NCBI RefSeq assembly: GCF_963921235.1
Contig: NC_086097.1
Span: 159,652,001 to 159,716,000, forward strand
Source of the DNA: Mobula hypostoma
Lineage: Eukaryota
Length of the DNA stretch: 64,000 nucleotides
Direction: 5' to 3'
The notes below the pieces were generated by a model. It saw nothing but the letters and a program-made list of their open reading frames with translations. It was not told the DNA's origin and searched no databases. Below, one piece after another: positions 1-12,952 of the stretch (position 1 is its first letter; each line of letters opens with the position of its first letter). The position numbers were made by a program, and so were the translations under genes.

Positions 1-468
1 GATTTTGATGTGTAACCCTTTGTCTACAACTTCATGTTCAATAGATCGGCACCTTTGCTCTGTAAGACACAACTAAGAAACTAAAATGATCAGTGATATT
101 TCTCTTTAATGAGTGGTTTAGAAGACACAATATGGGAGAAAACCACGGAGTCAGGTGCCAAATTTAATATATTTTTCTTCCCTTCTGGATTCCTTTACAT
201 AGGGAATTCTGACTCTCCCATAGGTACAGTAGTTGGATCTTTAAAAGCCTCAAATAGCTGAAAAAATGCTTATTCACCAATGGCTTCAATTAATATCTGG
301 TTTCTAAAACACAGGGACTCATTGAAGAGAACAGAAGATTTTTTAATACCTCTTTCAAGCATCCCAAAGAGCTCTACTGTCAATGAGGTGCATTCACTAT
401 TGCAATGAAGAAAGTATTGTCCCAAATTTGTACACAACAAGCTCCAATGAGAAAGAATGTGAACAATT

Positions 469-971
469 CACTCAGCGGCTATGTTATTTACCTCCTGTAC
501 CTAATAAAGTAGGCACTGAGTGTATGTTTGTGGTCTGTAGCCTATCCACTTCAAGGCTCAATATGCTGTGCATTCAGAGATGCTCTTCTGCACACCACTG
601 TTGTAACGTGTTTATTTGAGTTACTTCAGCTTGATCCAATCTGCCATTTTCTTCTGACCTCTCTCATTAACAAGGCATTTTCGTCCACAGAAGTAACACT
701 CACTGGATGTTATTTTTTTTCATCTTTTTGCACCGTTTTCTGTAAACTCTAGAGACTCTAGTGTGTGAAAATCCCAGGAGATCAGTAATTTCTAAGATAA
801 TCAAATCATACCGTCTGGCACCAACAATCAATCCACGGTCAAAGTCACTTAGATCACATTTCTCCCACATTCTGATATTTGGTCCGTAAAATAACTGTCC
901 TTTTGACTATGTCTGCATGCATTTATGTTTTGAGTTGCTGACACATGATTGGTTGATTAGATATTTGAGTG
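469..971. mobile_element. Non-autonomous Tc1-type MITE (degenerate copy)
   Basis: Starts CACTCAGCGGCT and ends TGAGTG(TA); body is colinear with the better-preserved copy at 59829-60371. Confidence 0.75.
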
Positions 972-1046
972 TACACTATAATTTGTCAACAATAGATGTA
1001 TGAACTTCGGCAAAATCTACCCAGTTCTTAATAATTCTTAATATAA

Positions 1047-1870
1047 ATAGATAGATAGATATACTTTATTAATAGCGAGGAAAATTTGGTTTAGTTACAG
1101 CTGCACCAACCAAGAATAGAGCGTAAGTATAGCAATACAAAAACCCCAACAATCAAACAACAAAATGCAAACTATGCCAGATGGAAAGTAAGTCCAGGGC
1201 CAGTCTATTAGCTCAGGGTGTCTGACCATCCATGGGAGGAGCTGCACGTTCGATGGCCACAGACAGGAACAACCTCCCGTGCCGCCAAGTGTTGTATCAC
1301 GGTGGAATGTGTCCGAAGTCCAACAGTTAAAAGTTCAATATCCAGTCTGCAAACATGTTCCTCGATCATAATATGCCCTGGATTGCGCCATCTGTTGTTA
1401 ACCAGATCAGTAAGTACCCAACTCCTTTACGTTTACTGCTCTCAGTGCACTTCCGGTCAGCCGGAACGGTATTACCCACCGAACTCCTTTTCTCCAGAAG
1501 TCTCTGTTGTCTTGTCCTGGTCCTCTTTCCTCGGCTTTGTGATCCCTCTCTGCATCTTCTGCGTGTTTTCCTCCGGCTTTCAGCAGGGGTGTCCGCCGCT
1601 CTGCTCGCTAAACCGGCCTGTATTTGCTGGTCCATGGAATACACAATGTGATCTTGCTTCTGTCCTGCGTGTCAGGATGTAACCATTTCCAGTGCTAAAG
1701 AAAACCCAAATAAAACTCTCTCTACCAGCATGTTAGAGAGGGTGCAGCTTCGACGTGTTACCGTGAGAGAAAAAAAAATACAAAAAATAACATAAATTAA
1801 AAAGTAAGAAGAAGAAAGTAAGAATTGATCGGAACGGCTGTACCAGGCTGCATGCACGACCGGCGCTTGT
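1047..1870 (-). mobile_element. Internally deleted Rex1/Babar LINE (5' end plus APE remnant joined to 3' end)
   Basis: Minus ORF 1366-1644 (YSMDQ..PAESRRKTRRRCR..DRKCTESSKRKG) resembles the Rex/Babar N-terminus and APE; 3' AATAAA and (TCTA)n tail at ~1047-1070; no RT region. Confidence 0.7.
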
Positions 1871-2009
1871 TCATAATATGAACAAGCAATGAAAATCTCG
1901 ACATACTTCGATGTCAGCAAAATTAAAATGGCTCCTGGTTTTAACTGTGTATTATTCCAGGCAGGCAGTGAGGTCATTTGATGAAATCGCATCGTTCAGA
2001 TTTTAGAGA

Positions 2010-2196
2010 AACAGATAATTTGCTGGAAGAACTCATCAGCTGAGCAGCGTCTGTCGAGAGGAAAGGAATTGACCATATTTTGGGTCAAAACCATTTTTCT
2101 AGACGTCGGCAGCTCCTCCTCCCTGCTCCCCGCCCACCCAAATGGTGCTCAATCCACAATTGCTCCAGATTCCAGCATTTGCCGTCTCTTGTGTCA
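2010..2196. mobile_element. Highly degenerate Penelope pLTR remnant, apparently an inverted pair
   Basis: TGCTGGAAGAACTCA..CAGCGTCTG motif and TTCCAGCATTTGC tail resemble the pLTR ends at 43540 and 45460. Confidence 0.5.
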
Positions 2197-4544
2197 CCTC
2201 ATGTCTGAAGCAAAATCCTAAAAACAGTGGATTTTTCTTGCTTTAGATTACAGGATTACAGGAAGAATGCCATGTTAAATCAAGAGAATTTACTGGCAAT
2301 CCTTACACCCTCATCATTTTAACTCAAACCATTTGCTGGTTGCTTTTGGTTTCAATAGATGTTTCATTATAAAATCAGTTTGCCTGGGTCCTAGTGGAAA
2401 TTACAAATGGCACTGGCAGAGCATTGAGAATGGATGCTGCAATCATGGTAAGATATTGTGATCGGTGAACACTTGAAAAGTTGTAACTTTAAGAAAATTT
2501 ATAGAAGTATATACGGCAGGAAGGTTAAAATTTGTCTTATGCCTTCTAACTTTGCTGATAGTCTTGGACCAGAAAAGGAAACTGACAATACTTTTCTTCT
2601 CCACACCAATTTACTTTGTTACCTATATTTAGCAATTATGCTAATAATGGGCAATGGACCAATTTGAACTTTTTCATAGGATAGAAATGAACTACAGCTC
2701 AAATGCTGAAAATTGTCATAAAATGCTGTAAGTGCTCAGCAGGGATTACAGCACCCATGTTAAGAGAAACAAAATTAAGAAAACAGTTCTTAGATGGGGA
2801 TGGATGGTAGGGAAAATGTTAAAGGACATTTATAAGGCAATTTTTTTTTCCACAGAGAAAATAGTATAGGTCTACATTGCACTGCCAGGAGAAACAATAG
2901 TTGCAGATAAGATAGCAACATTCAAGAGGGTTTTAGACTGACATGTGAGCATGAAGAACATGGAACAACCTGGTCCATGTGCAGGCAGACCTTTTGCCGA
3001 AGATGGCATAAAAATAAACAAAGCTAAAAGGGATTTAAAATAAGCTCATGGCTCACCATGGCTAGTTTTATAAATTTATAATTTCCTACACCTCCAAGAT
3101 AAATGTAAACCAAACAGTATTACAGTAATTGTGCTTTAGAATGATCTGAAGTTGTGAGAGGCATAACACAATGGCAAACTTTCCTTTTACCATTGAACAG
3201 TTCAAATGCATATCAAACTGTTTGATAAGCATAGCTTTCCATAGATCAAATTTATCATAACATTTTCAAAGATCATAATTTATAGTTTCCAGCATCTTTC
3301 ATAATGGACTAAAATTTCAAAGATACAATAACAGTTAGCATCCTGGTTCTGCATTCCAATCACTAGAAATGGAAAGCTAAAAGTCGTTGACAGTGATTCT
3401 TGCTCTTTCACAAAATATTCTGTACACCCATTTCTCAGGTGTTTCACAGCCTACATTCCCAAATGGAAATGCACCAGTCATCAAGAGGAGGTCCTGAACC
3501 GTGTCTGAGGTAGAGTGAGTTTCAGCATGAAGACGAGTAAAAGATTTGCAGAATGTCCATCACTATTTTCACTGAAACTCCTCAAAATTATGGCAGAAAA
3601 TTCAGTAACTCAGGTGAAAATTCTATCCCATCACCTGTGAGTTGATTAAGTTCAAATTTCAAATTATATTTATTATCAAGATATGTATGCTGTAGACATC
3701 CCTGAGATTCTTCTTCTCACAGACAGCCACAAAACAAAGAAACATGCACTGCATTTGAGACTAACATCTAAAGAATAATTTCTCAGAAAATTGACTGCTT
3801 TAATCAATCAATTTTTGCCACCAACAAAACATTTCCCCTGAGTATTTTGGTTTAAGAAATTTTAACATGTAATTTTATTTGTTGGTTTATTGTTACTATC
3901 ACACAATTTAAAAACAAATCTTCTACCCATCTTGGTGGTTTCCTTTTTTTAAAAAAAATGAAAAGCATTTAAAACACAATTAATTAAAATAATTTCACAT
4001 TAAGTTTAGAATCCTTTTTTCTCGTTATATCATGTTTTAAGCAGAATTAATTCACTTCAACAAGATAAAATTGATTTTTTTGTGAACAGGCTTTAGTGAG
4101 AATTTTTCTATATTGTCAAGTAGATAGCAATCCTGCAACTAAATGGTAAGGTCATGGTGATTTATATAGGTTGTTCTAGAATGCAAAAAAAAACTGCCAA
4201 AGTGTTATCTGGTTCTTTATTCTTTACCAAATCCAGTGCTTTGAACTATTATTTTTTGATTTCACACGGAAGTGGACTCCATGGTGGACAGCAGAATGAA
4301 AAAGGCTTCTATCACACAGCCTTCATCTGTCAGGAATTAAATAAAGAATTTGGGAGTTTATAAACACAAAAGCTTCTTCGGATACTGGAAATCTTGGTGA
4401 ACGCACACAAAGTGAAGGCGGAGCTTAGGAGGGTTAATAGCACTTCCAACGGCAACTCCTTTGCTTGCATCCTCGAAAAGAGCTCTATTTCCATCGTTAA
4501 TATCTCTATTTTCCATTTTCAGTCTTCTTTTAAAGACAATGACC

Positions 4545-5644
4545 AGGAGTTACATGCTGGAGTTACATGTTATCCTCTTACTCTTCACACACTTGGAGAA
4601 TGCCTTGGGGTTTTCCTTAATCTTGACCGCCAAGGCCTTCTCATGGCCTCTTCTGGCTCTCCTAATTTCATTCTTAAGCTCCTTCCTGCTAGCCTTAGAG
4701 TTCTCTAGATCTCTGTCATTATCTAATTTTTTGAACATTTTGTAAGCTTTGCTTTTCTTCTTGACTAGATTTTCAACAGCCTTTGTACACCATGACTCCT
4801 GTACCCTACCATCCTTTCCCTGTCTTATTGGAACGTACCTATGCAGAACCCCACACAAATATCTCCTGAATATTTGCCACATTTCTGCCGTACATTTCCC
4901 TGAGAACGTCTGTTCCCAATTTATGCTTCCAAGTTCCTGCCTGATAGCTTCATATTTCCCCTTACTCCAATTAAACGCTTTCCTAACTTGTCTGTTCCTT
5001 TCCCTCTCCAAAGCTATGGTAAAGGAAATAGAACTGTGATCACTGTTTCCAAAATGCTCTCCCACTGAGAGACCTGACACCTGACAAGGTTCATTTCCCA
5101 ATACCAGATCAAGTACAGCTTCTCCTCTTGAAGGCTTATCTACATACTCTGTCAAGAAACCTTCCTGAACACACCTAAAAAATTACATGTTAAAATCTCT
5201 TAAACCAAAATACTAACAAACTAGGGAGATGCCAATCGATATTTGGAAAATTAACATCTCCCACCACAACGACCCTGTAATTATTACACCTTTCCAGAAT
5301 CTGTCCCCTGTCTGCTCCTTGATGTCCCTGTTACTATTGGGTGGTCTATAAATAACACCCAGTGGAGTTATTGACCCCTTCCTGTTTCTAACTTCCTCCC
5401 AGAGAGACTCAGTAGACAATCCTTCTATGACTTCCTCCTTTTCTGCAGCCGTGACACTATCTCTGATCAACAGTGTCACGCCCCCACCTCTTTTGCCTCC
5501 CTCCCTCTCCTTTCTGAAACATCTAAAGCCTGGCATTCAAAGTAACCACTCCTGCCCTGAGCCATCCATGTCTCTGTAATGGCCACAACATCATAGCTCC
5601 AAGTACTGATCCACACTCTAAGCTCATCCACTTTGTTCATAATA
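4545..5644 (-). mobile_element. CR1 LINE, ORF2 endonuclease region (downstream part of a copy split by an RTE)
   Basis: ORFs 5476-5703, 5213-5536, 4550-5155 carry APE motifs (DVVAITETW, GKRGGGV, YRPPNS, LDLVL, SDH); frameshifted; continues the 9057-9970 segment. Confidence 0.92.
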
Positions 5645-8600
5645 ATCATCATCATCATCATCAGGTACCGTGCCCAGTTTGAGCTTTGACTGCCATGGCC
5701 CACACACTCCTGTTTCAGGTCAAGTGGATCAATTCATTGGTATTCCTTTCCAGTTCTCTGGCTGCTGTCTCCATCACCATTTGTCTTTGTCTTCCTCTTG
5801 CTTTCTTCCCTTCAACCTTTCCCATAATTACCGTTCATTCTAACTCCTCTTTCCTAATCACATGTCCAATGAAGTTATGTTGCCTTTTCATGATCTCATA
5901 CGTTATTTCTCTTTTTGTGTTTGCTCTGTTCATGACATCCTTGTCAGATATTCGTTTCATCCATGATATTCTTTACATCCTCCTCAAAAACCACATTTCT
6001 GCTGCTTCAATTCATTTCTTCATGTTACTAGATATTGTCCAACATTCTGAGCCATATAACATAACTGGATAAACGTAACATTTCAGTACACTGAGGCAGA
6101 TTGTCATGCCTAGCTTAGTATTGGTCAGTATACTCTTCATTCTCATAAAGGTGTTCTTTGCCATCCCTATTCTTCTTTTGATGTCCTTGTCGCACCTGCC
6201 ATCTGATGTCACCCAGTTTCCTAAGTAGCAAAATTTCTGTACCCGTTTTATGTCTTCCCCATTTATTCTCAGCCTGCAGATAGGATTCTCCTTCTTTTGG
6301 ATATCACCATACATTCTGTCTTTTTGCAATTGATAGATAGACCCTTTTTTTGCACTTTTTTCAACAGTTATATCAATTAAGTTTTGTAGTTCTTCCTCCA
6401 TACTTGCAATTAACACAGTATCATCCACATATCTGAAATTATTGATTTTTCATCGCCAACTTTGATTCCCAAGATGTCGCTTACTTTTTGTAATATTGTT
6501 TCACTGTACACATTAAATAAATCAGGGGAAAAAACACACCCTTGTCGAATGCCTCTCTTGATTTTCATAAACTGACTCACTTCTCCATCTATTCTTACAG
6601 CGGCAGTTTGTTCCCAGTACAGATTTCTGATTAGGTGGAGGTCTTTCAAATCTAGATCTAGAATTTTCTGTAATATTTCAAATAACTTATTGTGCTTCAC
6701 TTTATCAACTGCTTTTGTGTAGTCGATAAAACAAACAAACAGATCTTTCTTCACTTGAGTAGATCGTTCTGATAGCATCCTTAACATCAATATTGCGTTT
6801 CTTGTACCTTTGTCTTTCACAAAACCACATTGTTCTTTACCTTAATTCAGCTTGTATCTTACTTTTAGCTCTTATCATCAAAATTCCTCGAAGTATCTTG
6901 GTGATATGACTCATTAAACTTATGGTCCTATCTAATTCACATTCTATTGCTCCAGGTTTCTTAGGAAGAGTGATAAATACTGATTTTTTCATCTCTTCTG
7001 GTATTATACCAGTCTCATAAATATCATTGATTAAATCAGTAATTTTTTCAATTCCATAATCTTCAAGGGCGATAATTTGTTCTATTACTAATTCTTCAGG
7101 ACCTGCTGCCTTTCCTTTCTTCATCTTATTTATTGCATTACGAACTTCAGATTTTAAAATACTTGGACCTTCAATGTTTTTCTTAATTTCTGGTTTTTTG
7201 CCTCGATCGTCTTCAAACAATTCCTGAATATACTCAGTCCATCTGTTCATAATCTCATCTTTTTCCATGATAATAGTACCGTCCTTTGCTTTCAAACATC
7301 CACCTGAAGAACAGAGGGGCTTTTTACCAGTGATCTTCTTGATTTGTTGATGTAACCTTTTTGGATCAGTAATAGGGATTCTTTCTATTTGCTCACATTC
7401 CTGGTTTAACCATTCTTCTTTGGCTTTTTGACATAAACTTTTAACTTTTTTTATCTAAGGATTTATATTCTATAGGATTTGCTTTTTTCTGTATCCTTTC
7501 TTCCATTAGATTTTTGATTTCATCTGTCATCCATTTATTCTTTGTGCTTATTTTCCTTTTTAGGAATCACTGACTTTGCTGATTCCACCAAGGCATCCTT
7601 TAGAGAGGTAAATTTCATTTCTACATGATTGCTATCATCTTCAACAGATTCTATATCTAGACTTTGAAATCTATTCCTTATTTCAATTGTAAAGTTTTGT
7701 CTTAAGTTTTCTTCTTCAGTTAATTGCAAGTAGTCAAGGGATTGTTTATGTTTTTGCTTCTTTAGTTTTTTAAAATTTACTTTGACATGACATACTACTG
7801 GGTTATGGTCACTATTACAGACTGCAGCTGGATAAGTTTTGCATTGAGTCACTGAGTTTCTAAATCTGTGGTTTATAGTAATAAAGTCAACTTGATTTCT
7901 GGTGTTATCACCTGGACTTTTCCAGGTCCACAAGCGTCTTGGATGGTTTTTAAAGTAGGTATTCATAATAACCTAATTATTCATCTTGCACCATTCTACC
8001 CATTTCTCAACTCTTTCATTTCTTCCCCCTCCTCCAAATTTTCCTATAGTATTTCCATCAGCACCTTGTCCTACTTTAGCATTTAGATCTCCCATGACAA
8101 AAACAATATCTTGAGATTTGCATCCATTCTTAGCTTGTTCAAGCTCTTTATAGAATTTATCTATATCCTCATTTGTTCCATCTGTTGTTGGTGCTTATAC
8201 CTGTATAATTGCTAAATCAAATGGTTGTCCTCTGAATCTAAGAAGGAGCACTCTTTCTGATATTGCCCAATGTCCTAAAACATTTTTTGCCATGTTTTCA
8301 TCCATAAGCATTCCTACTCCATTAGTATGGGATGTTCCACAAGAATAAATTAGTGTTTTATTTCTATCCTGACATGTTCCAGCACCTATCCAATGAACTT
8401 CACTAACTCCTATGATGTTAATCTTTAGTCTTTCCATTTCATTTATCACATTGTCCAATCTTCATGCTTGATATAGGGTTCTTACATTCCAAGTGGCAAT
8501 AATTTTCTTTTGTGTTACTTGAATTTTATGAGCAGTAGCAAGATGATGGTGGGGGATCCCCTGCTGCTCAGAATCAGCCCTACCAAGCGAAGCATCTTCA

Positions 8601-9056
8601 GAATTGTCTTGAAGATCCTCTTAACCCTGTTGTTGTGTGATACATTTTTTGAGTTTGACCATGGTTTTCTTAGCAAATAAATTCTAGGAAACCTAGTATC
8701 TAGCAACAGTGGTTTGCTATTGCCTTCCATTGGGCGAACTAAAGAAATCACCATTTCTCTTCCCAAAGCTTCATCTACCTGTTCATCCACCTGTACTATA
8801 GCCGTTGACATTTGAGGTCTTGGCTCATCCGCCTTCTCCGTCATAAGTTCAGTTACTGAACCTGTCGGATCTGCCGTGGCTGCTGTGGCCTTCGCTGGTA
8901 TCCTGAGCAGGAACCCTTGCAGGTGCTACCGTTCCAGGTCAGAGCGGCCCTGGGAGCAATGAATGACTAAGGGGTAACTCCATTTTCTCCAAAGCTCTGA
9001 AAGTCCCCAATCACAGCCTCATCACCGGTTGCAGTTTAGAGTCATACCCAGGACTG
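5645..9056 (-). mobile_element. Near full-length RTE-clade LINE (APE + RT), frameshifted
   Basis: IATWNVRTL and GVSEVHW (APE), GIRQGCVFSPDLFN and YVDD (RT); single ORF from ATG ~8662; (GAT)n 3' tail at 5645-5662; TSD TTGTTCATAATA (5633-5644) / TTGTTCCTAATA (9057-9068). Confidence 0.93.
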
Positions 9057-9970
9057 TTGTTCCTAATACTTCTTGCATTAAAATAAACACACCTGAAACC
9101 ATCGGTCTGAGCACGTCCCTTCTATATCACCTGCCTATCCTCCCTCACGCACTGCCTCCAAGCTTTCTCTATTTGTGAGCCAACTGCCTCTTCCTCCATC
9201 TCTTCAGTTCGGTTCCCACCGCCCAGCAATTCTTGTTTAAACTCTCCCAATAGCCTTAGCAAACTTCCCCACCAAGATATCGGTCCCCCTAAGATTCAAA
9301 TGCAACCCATCCTTTTTGTACAGGTCACTCCTGCCCCAAAAGAGGTCCCAATGATCCAGAAATATGAACCCCTGCCCCCTGTCCCAATCCCTCAGCTACG
9401 CATTTATCCTCCACCTTCTTCTATTCCTATACTCACTGTCACGTGGCACAGGCAGTAATCCCGAGATTACTACCTTTCTGGTCCTGCTTCTCAAATTCCT
9501 TCCTAACTCCCTGTAGTCTGTTTTCAGTACCTCCTCCTTTTTCCTACCTATGTCATTCGTACTAATATTTACCATGACCTCTGGCTGTTCTTATTCCCAC
9601 TTCAGGGTATCGTGGACGTGATCAGAAACATCTCGGACCCTGGCACCTGGGAGGTAAACTACCATCTGTATTTCTTTCCTGCACCCACAGAATTGCCTGT
9701 CTAACCCCCTAACTACAGAGTCCCCTATCACTGCTGCCATCCTCTTCCTTTCCCTACCTTTTTGAGCCACAGGGCCAGACTCTGTGCCAGAGGTATGGCC
9801 ACTATTGCTTCCCCCAGGGAGGCCGTCACCCCCAACAGTACTCAAACAGGAGTACTTATTGTTCAGGGGGACAACAACTGGGGTACTGTCTAGCACTTGC
9901 TTCTTGCCCTTCCCTCTTCTGACCGTTACCCAGTTATTTGTCTCCCAAGGCCCCGGTGTAACTACCTTAG
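9057..9970 (-). mobile_element. CR1 LINE, ORF1 esterase-like region (upstream part of the split copy)
   Basis: ORF 9591-10052 contains WVTVRRGK, NKYSCL, VIGDSVVRG, LPGARVRDV, typical of the CR1 ORF1p SGNH esterase; colinear with 15780-16340. Confidence 0.9.
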
Positions 9971-10869
9971 AATATATTGGTTCAATTAGAAATAAATTAT
10001 AAGAACAACTACAATTAATGTAGAAAATGAAATCAAAGTATAAATACTGCAAATCAACCTGAAAAGTTAACTGTTATAACTTTGGCAAAGATAGGGCCTC
10101 CTCCACTGAATCTTTCCAGAATTTTTGTTTTTATTTTCCCATTAATATAGTAACTACAATATAACAGCAACACCAATGGCTTTTAACAGGAATGTTATCA
10201 AATAAAAAATATGCCACTAATTTACTTGAGTGAATACTGAGGCAAATAAAAAAACATCTTCAGGGACAAAATAGAAGTAGACAAATAAAGAAGTTTTATT
10301 TTGGGAGGGAATTCAAGAGCTTTGGGCCTAGATAGCTTAAAGCAGCGATAGACTTATTGACCTTATTGAATACAGGTGTTCTCAAACAGAACAGAAATTC
10401 AGAAATACTGATATCTTACCAGATTAAAGGTCCAGAGGTTCCTTGAAGTGTTCCAGTTTATCACCATATTCTAAAGGTGAGCACATTAGTAGGCTACTGG
10501 GCCATGGCAAATGGCTATTGGTATGTAAATGAGTGGAAGCCATGGGAAGAAGTTGTACGACTGTGTGGTGAATAAGTTATGGAGAAAATTAGTATGGAAT
10601 AGGCTTGTTCTGTAAGCTGGCGTAACTTTGAAGAGCAAAACAACCTCCTGCTGTGCCATTAAGACAAATGAAGTATAAAAATATAAAATTGACTTGGAGT
10701 ACTCATTAAGCATTGTCCAGAAGAAATAATATTTCCTGTGTGCTGGAAAGAATCCATTCTATATTGCCACCAAAAGCACTTCTAACAAAATACTGACTGC
10801 TAAACACCGACAGAAGCTTGATAATATCATCCTTTGATTCCTAAGTATTGTTCACTGGTGGTACAGTAC

Positions 10870-11060
10870 CATGTAGGTGTGCTGGGTTTCTCTCACATAT
10901 GAGTTAGGGTTAGCAAGTTATGGACATGCTGTGTTGGCATGGTAACTCTTGTCGGCTGCTCCCAGAACATACTTGGACTGTGTTGATTGCTAACACTAAG
11001 AACACATTTCACTATATGTTTTGATGCACTGTACACGTGACAAATAAAGCTTATCTTTAG
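10870..11060 (+). mobile_element. Degenerate SINE 3' part with Rex-like tail
   Basis: Ends CATTTCACT..GTGACAAATAAAGCTTATCTT; a related minus-strand copy lies at ~42305-42530. Confidence 0.5.
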
Positions 11061-11699
11061 TTTTTAATTTTGAATCAAATACTTCCCCTCCATAAAACTG
11101 AATCACTGACTCCTCCTATTAATAATCACATACCATTGAATTCATCTTCAGTACCAAAGGTCATATCAGTCTGCATCCTGATAAGCTTCAAATCAAAATG
11201 GGTATTAATATTATATTAATGTTTGATGTACCAATACATTTAAGCACCTGAATCTGTAGTTAGTATTTCTCCATGTTGCAAGTGATGTTTTAATCATACA
11301 TATATCTTATAACATATGGTACAAAGCCAGTAAAATAAACTAGCCTTGTTTAGGCATATGTTCCCTAAATGAATAAGGAATTATTTATGTTGCAAGCTTT
11401 CAGACTGAACACATGATAACTCTTCAAAGGAGTAAAGCCAAAAAAATACTACAGTGCTCCTAAATGTGTAAGTATGCTGACCATTCAATGTACATTGCAA
11501 GTTTCAGTGTCACTCAGTTGTAATACCAGGAGAGATGTACAGATTTACATAACATCCAAAGGGTGAACAATGCTGTAAGTGTATTTCTTTTCATAATATT
11601 TGGAAAGGAATAGATTCTGTGCATGAAAATGGGATGAGTTCTAAATCATATCGGATCTAGCCTGACTAGATGGCTACTCAGGTGATGCCTTTTCAGGAT

Positions 11700-12750
11700 C
11701 TGAACATCGCTAGGACGTTCATAACGTTGCTCATTCCTCATGACTCACCTGCAGCTGAGTGGCTTGTTAGATATTTCAGAGCCAACCAAATGTGATGGAA
11801 TTGGAGTCACATGTAGGCCAGTCTGCTAAGGACAGCAGGTTTCCTGCAATGAGAACAAAAGTGAACCAAGTGAGTTTTTTAATAACAACCTGTTGGAATT
11901 ATTGTCTTACAGTTTCAAGTGCAATTGTATCATCTAGCTTTCTGCAGGATGGTGGTTGAGAGGTTACGAGTCAGCTGTCACTCTACATGGAAGGACTGAG
12001 TTCAAGCGGTCGCTCTCCTTGGTGCTGACAGAGAATGTTTACGAAATTCTGGGATTTATGTGATTATTTGTGTGGACTGTAGTTTATACTGGTCCTCAGT
12101 TTTCTGTGTTTTCTTTCCTGCTGCCGATTGGTAGGTTGGGAATTTGGGGTTTTGGGGTTTGATGTCCTTGTGGGAGATATGTTAGTTTTTGTGCGAGGGA
12201 GGGGTTGGGAATCTGGGGTCTGATGTTCTTGGTGTTTTTCTTGGTGGGGGAATCTGTTAGTTTTTTGTATGTAAGAGAGAGGGTTGGGTGTTTAATGTTA
12301 TTGTCACTTTTTTTTTCATTCCTTGTGGGCAATATTTTTGTTTTTTTGTGAGGGAGGCATTTGGGGGTTTGGGGTTTGATGTTCTAGCTGCTGTTTTCCA
12401 GGTGTGTGATCTGTTAGTTTTTGTGTGTGGGAGGGTTTGGGGGGTTTGGAATTTGCAAGTTTTTGTTTCTTTTTTGGGAGGGTGAGTTGACGTCTCTTCT
12501 TTCAATGACTTCCATCGTTGTTCTATATCTCATGGGTATCTGGAGAAGACAAATCGCAAAGTTGTATTCTGCATACGTACCTTGATAATAAAATGAATCT
12601 TTGAATCTTTTTATCGTCATTGTTACTAAAAGTTGTGGTTATTTCAAATTCCAGAGTATTAACTGAATTTAAACTCTAGAGCCATCGTTGTGATAAGCCA
12701 ACTCCAGTTTTTGGATTATAAGCAGAACAGGGTAATCAAATTAATACCAC
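11700..12750 (-). mobile_element. Ancient SINE split by a younger insertion (~11930-12610)
   Basis: 11760-11890 and 12611-12700 match the reverse complement of consecutive parts of the plus-strand copy at 38180-38455 (e.g. GAGTCACATGTAGGCCAG vs CTGGTCTACATGTGACTC). Confidence 0.6.
11930..12610 (+). mobile_element. Non-autonomous retroposon with an internal G/T-rich degenerate tandem array
   Basis: 3' AATAAA then (TGAATCTT)2 tail; about five degenerate units (TGTTAGTTTTTGTG..GGAGGG..GGGGTTTGATGTT) in 12120-12490. Confidence 0.55.
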
Positions 12751-12952
12751 TATGGACAGATTTTTACCCCGATTCATTCTTCAGTATTTTGAATATACTT
12801 TAGTGGCATGCCAGCAAATATGTAAGCATCCTTAAGCAAAAGATTAATAATCATAGCTGTGCTCAGGGAATGACTATTTTTGACTACCACTTGTGAAGTA
12901 GGACTACAGAGTTTATAAAAAATAAAAAAATGGAAAAGTATAGTAATGGAAA

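Noticed and set aside
3439..3514. Exon-like stretch after tttctcag
   Set aside because: All three frames reach a stop before the GTGAGT donor; only a weak earlier donor leaves one frame open, and the peptide is unrecognisable.
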